64,000 nucleotides of DNA, from the NCBI GenBank assembly GCA_964057225.1, contig OZ059900.1, positions 434,001-498,000 on the forward strand, given 5' to 3'. The notes under the pieces are model-generated. The model did no database searches. It was not told where the DNA came from and saw only the letters and a program-made list of their open reading frames with translations. Below are positions 42,801-57,309 of this stretch, piece after piece; position 1 is the stretch's first letter; every line of letters starts with the position of its first letter. This DNA comes from Auanema rhodensis. Taxonomy: Eukaryota; Animalia; Nematoda. Position numbers and translations under genes: made by a program.

Positions 42801-45800
42801 TCATTTTGATCAAAAAAGGTCGAAAATAGAAAGAATTTTTGAAATTTCCGAGTTTTGAGTCCAATTTGGCTGAATCGCTCATATATATGATCAAAAGCAT
42901 AGTTTTATTGTCTATAACAACAAAAGTCATCAATTAAACGCTAGTGATGTTTTAATACTGAATTTCGCTCAAATAGCATTACTACACTAAGTATGGTCGT
43001 TTTTATGCCTTTAACACCATATACTCACCGATTTTTGGTACAAAATCTGTAATACTCGTAAATTTTGATCATATTCGTTAAGATTTGAAAATCAAACACA
43101 CAATAAACAAAATCAGTTTATTTTTATGAGTTTGCACTGATATATATTCATTTTGATCAAAAAAGGTCGAAAATAGAAAGAATTTTGGAAATGTCCGAGT
43201 TTTGAGTCCAATTTGGCTAAATCGCTCATATATATGATCAAAAGCATAGTTTTATTGTCTATAACAACAAAAGTCATCAATTAAACGCTAGTGATGTTCA
43301 AATACTGATTTTCGCTCAAATAGCATTACTACACTAAGTATGGTCGTTTTTATGCCTTTAACACCATATACTCACCGATTTTTGGTACAAAATCTGTAAT
43401 ACTCGTAAATTTTGATCATATTCGTTAAGATTTGAGAATCAAACACACAATACACAAAATCAGTCTATTTTTATGAGCTTGCACTGATATATATTCATTT
43501 TGATCAAAAAAGGTCGAAAATAGAAAGAATTTTTGAAATTTCCGAGTTTTGAGTCCAATTTGGCTAAATCGCTCATATATATGATCAAAAGCATAGTTTT
43601 ATTGTCTATGACAACAAAAGTCATTAATTAAACACTAATGATGTTTAAATCACTAAATTTCGCTCAAATAGCATTACTACACTAAGTATGGTCGTTTTTA
43701 TGCCTTCAACACCATATACTCACCGATTTTTGGTACAAAATCTGTAATACTCGTAAATTTTGATCATATTCGTTAAGATTTGAGAATCAAACACACAATA
43801 CACAAAATCAGTCTATTTTTATGAGCTTGCACTGATATAGATTCATTTTGATCAAAAAAGGTCGAAAATAGAAAGAATTTTTGAAATTTCCGAGTTTTGA
43901 GTCCAATTTGGCTGAATCGCTCATATATATGATCAAAAGCATAGTTTTATTGTCTATAACAACAAAAGTCATCAATTAAACGCTAGTGATGTTTTAATAC
44001 TGAATTTCGCTCAAATAGCATTACTACACTAAGTATGGTCGTTTTTATGCCTTTAACACCATATACTCACCGATTTTTGGTACAAAATCTGTAATACTCG
44101 TAAATTTTGATCATATTCGTTAAGATTTGAGAATCAAACACACAATACACAAAATCAGTCTATTTTTATGAGCTTGCACTGATATATATTCATTTTGATC
44201 AAAAAAGGTCGAAAATAGAAAGAATTTTTGAATTTTCCGAGTTTTGAGTCCAATTGGGCTAAATCGCTCATATATATGATCAAAAGCATAGTTTTATTGT
44301 CTATGACAACAAAAGTCATCAATTAAACGCTAGTGATGTTTAAATACTGATTTTCGCTCAAATAGCATTACTACACTAAGTATGGTCGTTTTTATGCCTT
44401 TAACACCATATACTCACCGATTTTTGGTACAAAATCTGTAATACTCGTAAATTTTGATCATATTCGTTAAGATTTGAGATTCAAACACACAATACACAAA
44501 ATCAGTCTATTTTTATGAGCTTGCACTGATATATATTCATTTTGATCAAAAAAGGTCGAAAATAGAAAGAATTTTTGAAATTTCCGAGTTTTGAGTCCAA
44601 TTTGGCTAAATCGCTCATATATATGATCAAAAGCATAGTTTTATTGTCTATAACAACAAAAGTCATCAATTAAACGCTAGTGATGTTTAAATACTGAATT
44701 TCGCTCAAATAGCATTACTACACTAAGTATGGTCGTTTTTATGCCTTTAACACCATATACTCACCGATTTTTGGTACAAAATCTGTAATACTCGTAAATT
44801 TTGATCATATTCCTTAAGATTTGAGAATCAAACACACAATACACGAAATCAGTCTATTTTTATGAGCTTGCACTGATATATATTCATTTTGATCAATAAA
44901 GGTCGAAAATAGAAAGAATTTTTGAATTTTCCTAGTTTTGAGTCCAATTGGGCTAAATCGCTCATATATATGATCAAAAGCATAGTTTTATTGTCTATGA
45001 CAACAAAAGTCATTAATTAAACACTAATGATGTTTAAATCACTAAATTTCGCTCAAATAGCATTACTACACTAAGTATGGTCGTTTTTATGCCTTTAACA
45101 CCATATACTCACCGATTTTTGGTACAAAATCTGTAATACTCGTAAATTTTGATCATATTCGTTAAGATTTGAGAATCAAACACACAATACACAAAATCAG
45201 TCTATTTTCATGAGCTTGCACTGATATAGATTCATTTTGATCAAAAAAGGTCGAAAATAGAAAGAATTTTTGAAATTTCCGAGTTTTGAGTCCAATTTGG
45301 CTGAATCGCTCATATATATGATCAAAAGCATAGTTTTATTGTCTATAGCAACAAAAGTCATCAATTAAACGCTAGTGATGTTTAAATACTGAATTTCGCT
45401 CAAATAGCATTACTACACTAAGTATGGTCGTTTTTATGCCTTTAACACCATATACTCACCGATTTTTGGTACAAAATCTGTAATACTTGTAAATTTTGAT
45501 CATATTTGTTAAGATTTGAGAATCAAACACACAATACACAAAATCAGTCTATTTTTATGAGTTTGCACTGATATATATTCATTTTGATCAAAAAAGGTCG
45601 AAAATAGAAAGAATTTTGGAAATGTCCGAGTTTTGAGTCCAATTTGGCTAAATCGCTCATATATATGATCAAAAGCATAGTTTTATTGTCTATAACAACA
45701 AAAGTCATCAATTAAACGCTAGTGATGTTTTAATACTGAATTTCGCTCAAATAGCATTACTACACTAAGTATGGTCGTTTTTATGCCTTTAACACCATAT

Positions 45801-48800
45801 ACTCACCGATTTTCGGTACAAAATCTGTAATACTTGTAAATTTTGATCATATTTGTTAAGATTTGAGAATCAAACACACAATACACAAAATCAGTCTATT
45901 TTTATGAGTTTGCACTGATATATATTCATTTTGATCAAAAAAGGTCGAAAATAGAAAGAATTTTGGAAATGTCCGAGTTTTGAGTCCAATTTGGCTAAAT
46001 CGCTCATATATATGATCAAAAGCATAGTTTTATTGTTTATAACAACAAAAGTCATCAATTAAACGCTAGTGATGTTTAAATACTGAATTTCGCTCAAATA
46101 GCATAACTACACTAAGTATGGTCGTTTTTATGCCTTTAACACCATATACTCACCGATTTTTGGTACAAAATCTGTAATACTCGTAAATTTTGATCATATT
46201 CGTTAAGATTTGAGAATCACTACATACAATACACGAAATCAGTCTATTTTTATGAGCTTGCACTGATATATATTCATTTTGATCAAAAAAGGTCGAAAAT
46301 AGAAAGAATTTTTGAAATTTCCGAGTTTTGAGTCTAATTTGGCTAAATCGCTCATATATATGATCAGAAGCATAGTTTTGTTGTCTATGACAACAAAAGT
46401 CATCAATTAAACGCTAGTGATGTTTAAATACTGATTTTCGCTCAAATAGCATTACTACACTAAGTATGGTCGTTTTTATGCCTTTAACACCATATACTCA
46501 CCGATTTTTGGTACAAAATCTGTAATACTCGTAAATTTTGATCATATTCGTTAAGATTTGAGAATCAAACACACAATACACAAAATCAGTCTATTTTTAT
46601 GAGCTTGCACTGATATATATTCATTTTGATCAAAAAAGGTCGAAAATAGAAAGAATTTTTGAAATTTCCGAGTTTTGAGTCCAATTTGGCTAAATCGCTC
46701 ATATATATGATCAAAAGCATAGTTTTATTGTCTATGACAACAAAAGTCATTAATTAAACACTAATGATGTTTAAATCACTAAATTTCGCTCAAATAGCAT
46801 TACTACACTAAGTATGGTCGTTTTTATGCCTTTAACACCATATACTCACCGATTTTTGGTACAAAATCTGTAATACTCGTAAATTTTGATCATATTCGTT
46901 AAGATTTGAGAATCAAACACACAATACACAAAATCAGTCTATTTTTATGAGCTTGCACTGATATAGATTCATTTTGATCAAAAAAGGTCGAAAATAGAAA
47001 GAATTTTTGAAATTTCCGAGTTTTGAGTCCAATTTGGCTGAATCGCTCATATATATGATCAAAAGCATAGTTTTATTGTCTATAACAACAAAAGTCATCA
47101 ATTAAACGCTAGTGATGTTTTAATACTGAATTTCGCTCAAATAGCATTACTACACTAAGTATGGTCGTTTTTATGCCTTTAACACCATATACTCACCGAT
47201 TTTTGGTACAAAATCTGTAATACTCGTAAATTTTGATCATATTCGTTAAGATTTGAGAATCAAACACACAATACACAAAATCAGTCTATTTTTATGAGCT
47301 TGCACTGATATAGATTCATTTTGATCAAAAAAGGTCGAAAATAGAAAGAATTTTTGAAATTTCCGAGTTTTGAGTCCAATTTGGCTGAATCGCTCATATA
47401 TATGATCAAAAGCATAGTTTTATTGTCTATAACAACAAAAGTCATCAATTAAACGCTGGTGATGTTTAAATACTGATTTTCGCTCAAATAGCATTACTAC
47501 ACTAAGTATGGTCGTTTTTATGCCTTTAACACCATATACTCACCGATTTTTGGTACAAAATCTGTAATACTCGTAAATTTTGATCATATTCGTTAAGATT
47601 TGAGAATCAAACACACAATACACAAAATCAGTCTATTTTTATGAGCTTGCACTGATATATATTCATTTTGATCAAAAAAGGTCGAAAATAGAAAGAATTT
47701 TTGAAATTTCCGAGTTTTGAGTCCAATTTGGCTAAATCGCTCATATATATGATCAAAAGCATAGTTTTATTGTCTATGACAACAAAAGTCATTAATTAAA
47801 CACTAATGATGTTTAAATCACTAAATTTCGCTCAAATAGCATTACTACACTAAGTATGGTCGTTTTTATGCCTTTAACACCATATACTCACCGATTTTTG
47901 GTACAAAATCTGTAATACTCGTAAATTTTGATCATATTCGTTAAGATTTGAGAATCAAACACACAATACACAAAATCAGTCTATTTTTATGAGCTTGCAC
48001 TGATATAGATTCATTTTGATCAAAAAAGGTCGAAAATAGAAAGAATTTTTGAAATTTCCGAGTTTTGAGTCCAATTTGGCTGAATCGCTCATATATATGA
48101 TCAAAAGCATAGTTTTATTGTCTATAACAACAAAAGTCATCAATTAAACGCTAGTGATGTTTTAATACTGAATTTCGCTCAAATAGCATTACTACACTAA
48201 GTATGGTCGTTTTTATGCCTTTAACACCATATACTCACCGATTTTTGGTACAAAATCTGTAATACTCGTAAATTTTGATCATATTCGTTAAGATTTGAAA
48301 ATCAAACACACAATAAACAAAATCAGTTTATTTTTATGAGTTTGCACTGATATATATTCATTTTGATCAAAAAAGGTCGAAAATAGAAAGAATTTTGGAA
48401 ATGTCCGAGTTTTGAGTCCAATTTGGCTAAATCGCTCATATATATGATCAAAAGCATAGTTTTATTGTCTATAACAACAAAAGTCATCAATTAAACGCTA
48501 GTTATGTTCAAATACTGATTTTCGCTCAAATAGCATTACTACACTAAGTATGGTCGTTTTTATGCCTTTAACACCATATACTCACCGATTTTTGGTACAA
48601 AATCTGTAATACTCGTAAATTTTGATCATATTCGTTAAGATTTGAGAATCAAACACACAATACACAAAATCAGTCTATTTTTATGAGCTTGCACTGATAT
48701 ATATTCATTTTGATCAAAAAAGGTCGAAAATAGAAAGAATTTTTGAAATTTCCGAGTTTTGAGTCCAATTTGGCTAAATCGCTCATATATATGATCAAAA

Positions 48801-49318
48801 GCATAGTTTTATTGTCTATGACAACAAAAGTCATTAATTAAACACTAATGATGTTTAAATCACTAAATTTCGCTCAAATAGCATTACTACACTAAGTATG
48901 GTCGTTTTTATGCCTTCAACACCATATACTCACCGATTTTTGGTACAAAATCTGTAATACTCGTAAATTTTGATCATATTCGTTAAGATTTGAGAATCAA
49001 ACACACAATACACAAAATCAGTCTATTTTTATGAGCTTGCACTGATATAGATTCATTTTGATCAAAAAAGGTCGAAAATAGAAAGAATTTTTGAAATTTC
49101 CGAGTTTTGAGTCCAATTTGGCTGAATCGCTCATATATATGATCAAAAGCATAGTTTTATTGTCTATAACAACAAAAGTCATCAATTAAACGCTAGTGAT
49201 GTTTTAATACTGAATTTCGCTCAAATAGCATTACTACACTAAGTATGGTCGTTTTTATGCCTTTAACACCATATACTCACCGATTTTTGGTACAAAATCT
49301 GTAATACTCGTAAATTTT
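36815..49318 (+). repeat. Block duplication with 21-monomer offset (7294 bp): 36815-44108 followed by a partial copy 44109-49318
   Basis: Rare variants are offset by exactly 7294 bp: GATCAATAAAGG (T at 37603/44897), CCTAG 37637/44931, CACTAC 38924/46218, GCTGGTG 40161/47455, CCTTCAAC 41619/48913. Confidence 0.9.
39246..44108 (+). repeat. Local higher-order repeat, 6 monomers, period 2084 bp (~2.3 copies), nested in the 21-mer
   Basis: GCTGGTG at 40161/42245 and CCTTCAAC at 41619/43703; unit starts at 39246, 41330, 43414. Confidence 0.88.
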
Positions 49319-52300
49319 GATCATATTCGTTAAGATTTGAAAATCAAACACACAATAAACAAAATCAGTTTATTTTTATGAGTTTGCACTGATATATATT
49401 CATTTTGATCAAAAAAGGTCGAAAATAGAAAGAATTTTGGAAATGTCCGAGTTTTGAGTCCAATTTGGCTAAATCGCTCATATATATGATCAAAAGCATA
49501 GTTTTATTGTCTATGACAACAAAAGTCATTAATTAAACACTAATGATGTTTAAATCACTAAATTTCGCTCAAATAGCATTACTACACTAAGTATGGTCGT
49601 TTTTATGCCTTTAACACCATATACTCACCGATTTTTGGTACAAAATCTGTAATACTCGTAAATTTTGATCATATTCGTTAAGATTTGAGAATCAAACACA
49701 CAATACACAAAATCAGTCTATTTTTATGAGTTTGCACTGATATATATTCATTTTGATCAAAAAAGGTCGAAAATAGAAAGAATTTTGGAAATGTCCGAGT
49801 TTTGAGTCGAATTTGGCTAAATCGCTCATATATATGATCAAAAGCATAGTTTTATTGTCTATGACAACAAAAGTCATTAATTAAACACTAATGATGTTTA
49901 AATCACTAAATTTCGCTCAAATAGCATTACTACACTAAGTATGGTCGTTTTTATGCCTTTAACACCATATACTCACCGATTTTTGGTACAAAATCTGTAA
50001 TACTCGTAAATTTTGATCATATTCGTTAAGATTTGAGAATCAAACACACAATACACAAAATCAGTCTATTTTTATGAGCTTGCACTGATATAGATTCATT
50101 TTGATCAAAAAAGGTCGAAAATAGAAAGAATTTTTGAAATTTCCGAGTTTTGAGTCCAATTTGGCTGAATCGCTCATATATATGATCAAAAGCATAGTTT
50201 TATTGTCTATAACAACAAAAGTCATCAATTAAACGCTAGTGATGTTTTAATACTGAATTTCGCTCAAATAGCATTACTACACTAAGTATGGTCGTTTTTA
50301 TGCCTTTAACACCATATACTCACCGATTTTTGGTACAAAATCTGTAATACTCGTAAATTTTGATCATATTCGTTAAGATTTGAAAATCAAACACACAATA
50401 AACAAAATCAGTTTATTTTTATGAGTTTGCACTGATATATATTCATTTTGATCAAAAAAGGTCGAAAATAGAAAGAATTTTGGAAATGTCCGAGTTTTGA
50501 GTCCAATTTGGCTAAATCGCTCATATATATGATCAAAAGCATAGTTTTATTGTCTATAACAACAAAAGTCATCAATTAAACGCTAGTTATGTTCAAATAC
50601 TGATTTTCGCTCAAATAGCATTACTACACTAAGTATGGTCGTTTTTATGCCTTTAACACCATATACTCACCGATTTTTGGTACAAAATCTGTAATACTCG
50701 TAAATTTTGATCATATTCGTTAAGATTTGAGAATCAAACACACAATACACAAAATCAGTCTATTTTTATGAGCTTGCACTGATATATATTCATTTTGATC
50801 AAAAAAGGTCGAAAATAGAAAGAATTTTTGAAATTTCCGAGTTTTGAGTCCAATTTGGCTAAATCGCTCATATATATGATCAAAAGCATAGTTTTATTGT
50901 CTATGACAACAAAAGTCATTAATTAAACACTAATGATGTTTAAATCACTAAATTTCGCTCAAATAGCATTACTACACTAAGTATGGTCGTTTTTATGCCT
51001 TTAACACCATATACTCACCGATTTTTGGTACAAAATCTGTAATACTCGTAAATTTTGATCATATTCGTTAAGATTTGAGAATCAAACACACAATACACAA
51101 AATCAGTCTATTTTTATGAGCTTGCACTGATATAGATTCATTTTGATCAAAAAAGGTCGAAAATAGAAAGAATTTTTGAAATTTCCGAGTTTTGAGTCCA
51201 ATTTGGCTGAATCGCTCATATATATGATCAAAAGCATAGTTTTATTGTCTATAACAACAAAAGTCATCAATTAAACGCTAGTGATGTTTTAATACTGAAT
51301 TTCGCTCAAATAGCATTACTACACTAAGTATGGTCGTTTTTATGCCTTTAACACCATATACTCACCGATTTTTGGTACAAAATCTGTAATACTCGTAAAT
51401 TTTGATCATATTCGTTAAGATTTGAGAATCAAACACACAATACACAAAATCAGTCTATTTTTATGAGCTTGCACTGATATAGATTCATTTTGATCAAAAA
51501 AGGTCGAAAATAGAAAGAATTTTTGAAATTTCCGAGTTTTGAGTCCAATTTGGCTGAATCGCTCATATATATGATCAAAAGCATAGTTTTATTGTCTATA
51601 ACAACAAAAGTCATCAATTAAACGCTGGTGATGTTTAAATACTGATTTTCGCTCAAATAGCATTACTACACTAAGTATGGTCGTTTTTATGCCTTTAACA
51701 CCATATACTCACCGATTTTTGGTACAAAATCTGTAATACTCGTAAATTTTGATCATATTCGTTAAGATTTGAGAATCAAACACACAATACACAAAATCAG
51801 TCTATTTTTATGAGCTTGCACTGATATATATTCATTTTGATCAAAAAAGGTCGAAAATAGAAAGAATTTTTGAAATTTCCGAGTTTTGAGTCCAATTTGG
51901 CTAAATCGCTCATATATATGATCAAAAGCATAGTTTTATTGTCTATGACAACAAAAGTCATTAATTAAACACTAATGATGTTTAAATCACTAAATTTCGC
52001 TCAAATAGCATTACTACACTAAGTATGGTCGTTTTTATGCCTTTAACACCATATACTCACCGATTTTTGGTACAAAATCTGTAATACTCGTAAATTTTGA
52101 TCATATTCGTTAAGATTTGAGAATCAAACACACAATACACAAAATCAGTCTATTTTTATGAGCTTGCACTGATATAGATTCATTTTGATCAAAAAAGGTC
52201 GAAAATAGAAAGAATTTTTGAAATTTCCGAGTTTTGAGTCCAATTTGGCTGAATCGCTCATATATATGATCAAAAGCATAGTTTTATTGTCTATAACAAC

Positions 52301-54530
52301 AAAAGTCATCAATTAAACGCTAGTGATGTTTTAATACTGAATTTCGCTCAAATAGCATTACTACACTAAGTATGGTCGTTTTTATGCCTTTAACACCATA
52401 TACTCACCGATTTTTGGTACAAAATCTGTAATACTCGTAAATTTTGATCATATTCGTTAAGATTTGAAAATCAAACACACAATAAACAAAATCAGTTTAT
52501 TTTTATGAGTTTGCACTGATATATATTCATTTTGATCAAAAAAGGTCGAAAATAGAAAGAATTTTGGAAATGTCCGAGTTTTGAGTCCAATTTGGCTAAA
52601 TCGCTCATATATATGATCAAAAGCATAGTTTTATTGTCTATAACAACAAAAGTCATCAATTAAACGCTAGTTATGTTCAAATACTGATTTTCGCTCAAAT
52701 AGCATTACTACACTAAGTATGGTCGTTTTTATGCCTTTAACACCATATACTCACCGATTTTTGGTACAAAATCTGTAATACTCGTAAATTTTGATCATAT
52801 TCGTTAAGATTTGAGAATCAAACACACAATACACAAAATCAGTCTATTTTTATGAGCTTGCACTGATATATATTCATTTTGATCAAAAAAGGTCGAAAAT
52901 AGAAAGAATTTTTGAAATTTCCGAGTTTTGAGTCCAATTTGGCTAAATCGCTCATATATATGATCAAAAGCATAGTTTTATTGTCTATGACAACAAAAGT
53001 CATTAATTAAACACTAATGATGTTTAAATCACTAAATTTCGCTCAAATAGCATTACTACACTAAGTATGGTCGTTTTTATGCCTTCAACACCATATACTC
53101 ACCGATTTTTGGTACAAAATCTGTAATACTCGTAAATTTTGATCATATTCGTTAAGATTTGAGAATCAAACACACAATACACAAAATCAGTCTATTTTTA
53201 TGAGCTTGCACTGATATAGATTCATTTTGATCAAAAAAGGTCGAAAATAGAAAGAATTTTTGAAATTTCCGAGTTTTGAGTCCAATTTGGCTGAATCGCT
53301 CATATATATGATCAAAAGCATAGTTTTATTGTCTATAACAACAAAAGTCATCAATTAAACGCTAGTGATGTTTTAATACTGAATTTCGCTCAAATAGCAT
53401 TACTACACTAAGTATGGTCGTTTTTATGCCTTTAACACCATATACTCACCGATTTTTGGTACAAAATCTGTAATACTCGTAAATTTTGATCATATTCGTT
53501 AAGATTTGAAAATCAAACACACAATAAACAAAATCAGTTTATTTTTATGAGTTTGCACTGATATATATTCATTTTGATCAAAAAAGGTCGAAAATAGAAA
53601 GAATTTTGGAAATGTCCGAGTTTTGAGTCCAATTTGGCTAAATCGCTCATATATATGATCAAAAGCATAGTTTTATTGTCTATGACAACAAAAGTCATTA
53701 ATTAAACACTAATGATGTTTAAATCACTAAATTTCGCTCAAATAGCATTACTACACTAAGTATGGTCGTTTTTATGCCTTTAACACCATATACTCACCGA
53801 TTTTTGGTACAAAATCTGTAATACTCGTAAATTTTGATCATATTCGTTAAGATTTGAGAATCAAACACACAATACACAAAATCAGTCTATTTTTATGAGT
53901 TTGCACTGATATATATTCATTTTGATCAAAAAAGGTCGAAAATAGAAAGAATTTTGGAAATGTCCGAGTTTTGAGTCGAATTTGGCTAAATCGCTCATAT
54001 ATATGATCAAAAGCATAGTTTTATTGTCTATGACAACAAAAGTCATTAATTAAACACTAATGATGTTTAAATCACTAAATTTCGCTCAAATAGCATTACT
54101 ACACTAAGTATGGTCGTTTTTATGCCTTTAACACCATATACTCACCGATTTTTGGTACAAAATCTGTAATACTCGTAAATTTTGATCATATTCGTTAAGA
54201 TTTGAGAATCAAACACACAATACACAAAATCAGTCTATTTTTATGAGCTTGCACTGATATAGATTCATTTTGATCAAAAAAGGTCGAAAATAGAAAGAAT
54301 TTTTGAAATTTCCGAGTTTTGAGTCCAATTTGGCTGAATCGCTCATATATATGATCAAAAGCATAGTTTTATTGTCTATAACAACAAAAATCATCAATTA
54401 AACGCTAGTGATGTTTTAATACTGAATTTCGCTCAAATAGCATTACTACACTAAGTATGGTCGTTTTTATGCCTTTAACACCATATACTCACCGATTTTT
54501 GGTACAAAATCTGTAATACTCGTAAATTTT
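46540..54530 (+). repeat. Local higher-order repeat, 12 monomers, period 4169 bp (~1.9 copies)
   Basis: GCTGGTG 47455/51624, CCTTCAAC 48913/53082 and GTCGAATTT 49806/53975 are all offset by 4169 bp. Confidence 0.88.
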
Positions 54531-55225
54531 GATCATATTCGTTAAGATTTGAAAATCAAACACACAATAAACAAAATCAGTTCATTTTTATGAGTTTGCA
54601 CTGATATATATTCATTTTGATCAAAAAAGGTCGAAAATAGAAAGAATTTTTGAATTTTCCGAGTTTTGAGTCCAATTGGGCTAAATCGCTTATATATATG
54701 ATCAAAAGCATAGTTTTATTGTCTATGACAACAAAAGTCATTAATTAAACACTAATGATGTTTAAATCACTAAATTTCGCTCAAATAGCATTACTACACT
54801 AAGTATGGTCGTTTTTATGCCTTTAACACCATATACTCACCGATTTTTGGTACAAAATCTGTAATACTCGTAAATTTTGATCATATTCGTTAAGATTTGA
54901 GAATCAAACACACAATACACAAAATCAGTCTATTTTTATGAGCTTGCACTGATATATATTCATTTTGATCAAAAAAGGTCGAAAATAGAAAGAATTTTTG
55001 AAATTTCCGAGTTTTGAGTCCAATTTGGCTAAATCGCTCATATATATGATCAAAAGCATAGTTTTATTGTCTATAACAACAAAAGTCATTAATTAAACGC
55101 TAGTGATGTTTAAATACTGATTTTCGCTCAAATAGCATTACTACACTAAGTATGGTCGTTTTTATGCCTTTAACACCATATACTCACCGATTTTTGGTAC
55201 AAAATCTGTAATACTTGTAAATTTT

Positions 55226-57309
55226 GATCATATTCGTTAAGATTCGAGAATCAAACACATAATACACGAAATGAGTCTATTTTTATGAGTTTGCACTGAT
55301 ATTTATTTATTTTGATCAAAAAAGGTCGAAAATAGAAAGAATTTTTGAATTTTCCGAGTTTTGAGTCCAATTGGGCTAAATCGCTCATATATATGATCAA
55401 AAGCATAGTTTTACTGTCTATAACAACAAAAGTCATCAATTAAACGCTAGTGATAATTAAATACTGATTTTCGCTCAAATAGCATTACTACACTAAGTAT
55501 GGTCGTTTTTATGCCTTTAACACCATATACTCACCGATTTTTGGTACAAAATCTGTAATACTTGTAAATTTTGATCATATTCGTTAAGATTCGAGAATCA
55601 AACACATAATACACGAAATAAGTCTATTTTTATGAGTTTGCACTGATATTTATTTATTTTGATCAAAAAAGGTCGAAAATAGAAAGAATTTTTGAATTTT
55701 CCGAGTTTTGAGTCCAATTGGGCTAAATCGCTCATATATATGATCAAAAGCATAGTTTTACTGTCTATAACAACAAAAGTCATCAATTAAACGCTAGTGA
55801 TATTTAAATACTGATTTTCGCTCAAGTAGCATTACTACACTAAGTATGGTCGTTTTTATGCCTTTAACACCATGTACTCACCGATTTTTGGTACAAAATC
55901 TGTAATACTTGTAAATTTTGATCATATTCGTTAAGATTTGAGAATCAAACATACAATACACAAAATCAGTCTATTTTTATGAGCTTGCACTGATATATAT
56001 TCATTTTGATCAAAAAAGGTCGAAAATAGAAAGAATTTTTGAAATTTCCGAGTTTTGAGCCCAATTGGGCTAAATCGCTCATATATATGATCAAAAGCAT
56101 AGTTTTTTTGTCTATGATAACAAAAGTCTTTGAATATACACTAATAATGTTTAAATCACTGAATTTCACTCAAATAGCATTACTACACTAAGTATGGTCG
56201 TTTTTATGCCTCTAACACCATATACTCACCGATTTTTGGTACAAAATCTGTAATACTTGTAAATTTTGATCATATTCGTTAAGATTCGAGAATCAAACAC
56301 ATAATACACGAAATAAGTCTATTTTTATGAGTTTGCACTGATTATTATTCATTTTGATCAAAAAAGGTCGAAAATAGAAAGAATTTTTGAAATTTCCGAG
56401 TTTTGAGTCCAATTGGGCTAAATCGCTCATATATATGATCAAAAACATAGTTTTATTGTCTATAACAACAAAAGTCATCAATTAAACGCTAGTGATGTTT
56501 AAATACTGATTTTCGCTCAAATAGCATTACTACACTAAGTATGGTCGTTTTTATGCCTTTAACACCATATACTCACCGATTTTTGGTACAAAATCTGTGA
56601 TACTCGTAAATTTTGATCATATTCGGTGAGATTCGAGAATCAAACACACAATACACGAAATAAGTTTATTTTTACGAGTTTGCACTGATATTTATTCATT
56701 TTGATCAAAAAAGGTCGAAAATAGAAAGAATTTTTGAAATTTCCGAGTTTTGAGTCTAATTTGGCTAAATCGCTCATATATATGATCAAAAGCATAGTTT
56801 TATTGTCTATGATAACAAAAGTCTTCAAATATACACTAATAATGTTTAAATCACTGAATTTCACTCAAATAGCATTACTACACTAAGTATGGTCGTTTTT
56901 ATGCCTTTAACACCATATACTCACCGATTTTTGGTACAAAATCTGTAATACTTGTAAATTTTGATCATATTTGTTAAGATTTGAGAATCAAACACACAAT
57001 ACACAAAATCAGTATATTTTTATGAGTTTGCACTGATATATATTCATTTTGATCAAAAAAGGTCGAAAATAGAAAGAATTTTGGAAATGTCCGAGTTTTG
57101 AGTCGAATTTGGCTAAATCGCTCATATATATGATCAAAAGCATAGTTTTACTGTCTATAACAACAAAAGTCATCAATTAAACGCTAGTGATATTTAAATA
57201 CTGATTTTCGCTCAAGTAGCATTACTACACTAAGTATGGTCGTTTTTATGCCTTTAACACCATATACTCACCGATTTTTGGTACAAAATCTGTAATACTC
57301 GTAAATTTT
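55226..57309 (+). repeat. Diverged monomer subfamily block (6 monomers), copy 1
   Basis: A cluster of variants absent from the preceding 55 kb: ACATAATAC, ATGAGTCT/ATAAGTCT, GATATTTATTTATTTT, TTTTACTGTC, CTCAAGTAG, CATGTACT, GTCTTTGAATATACAC, TTCGGTGAGATTC. Confidence 0.9.
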
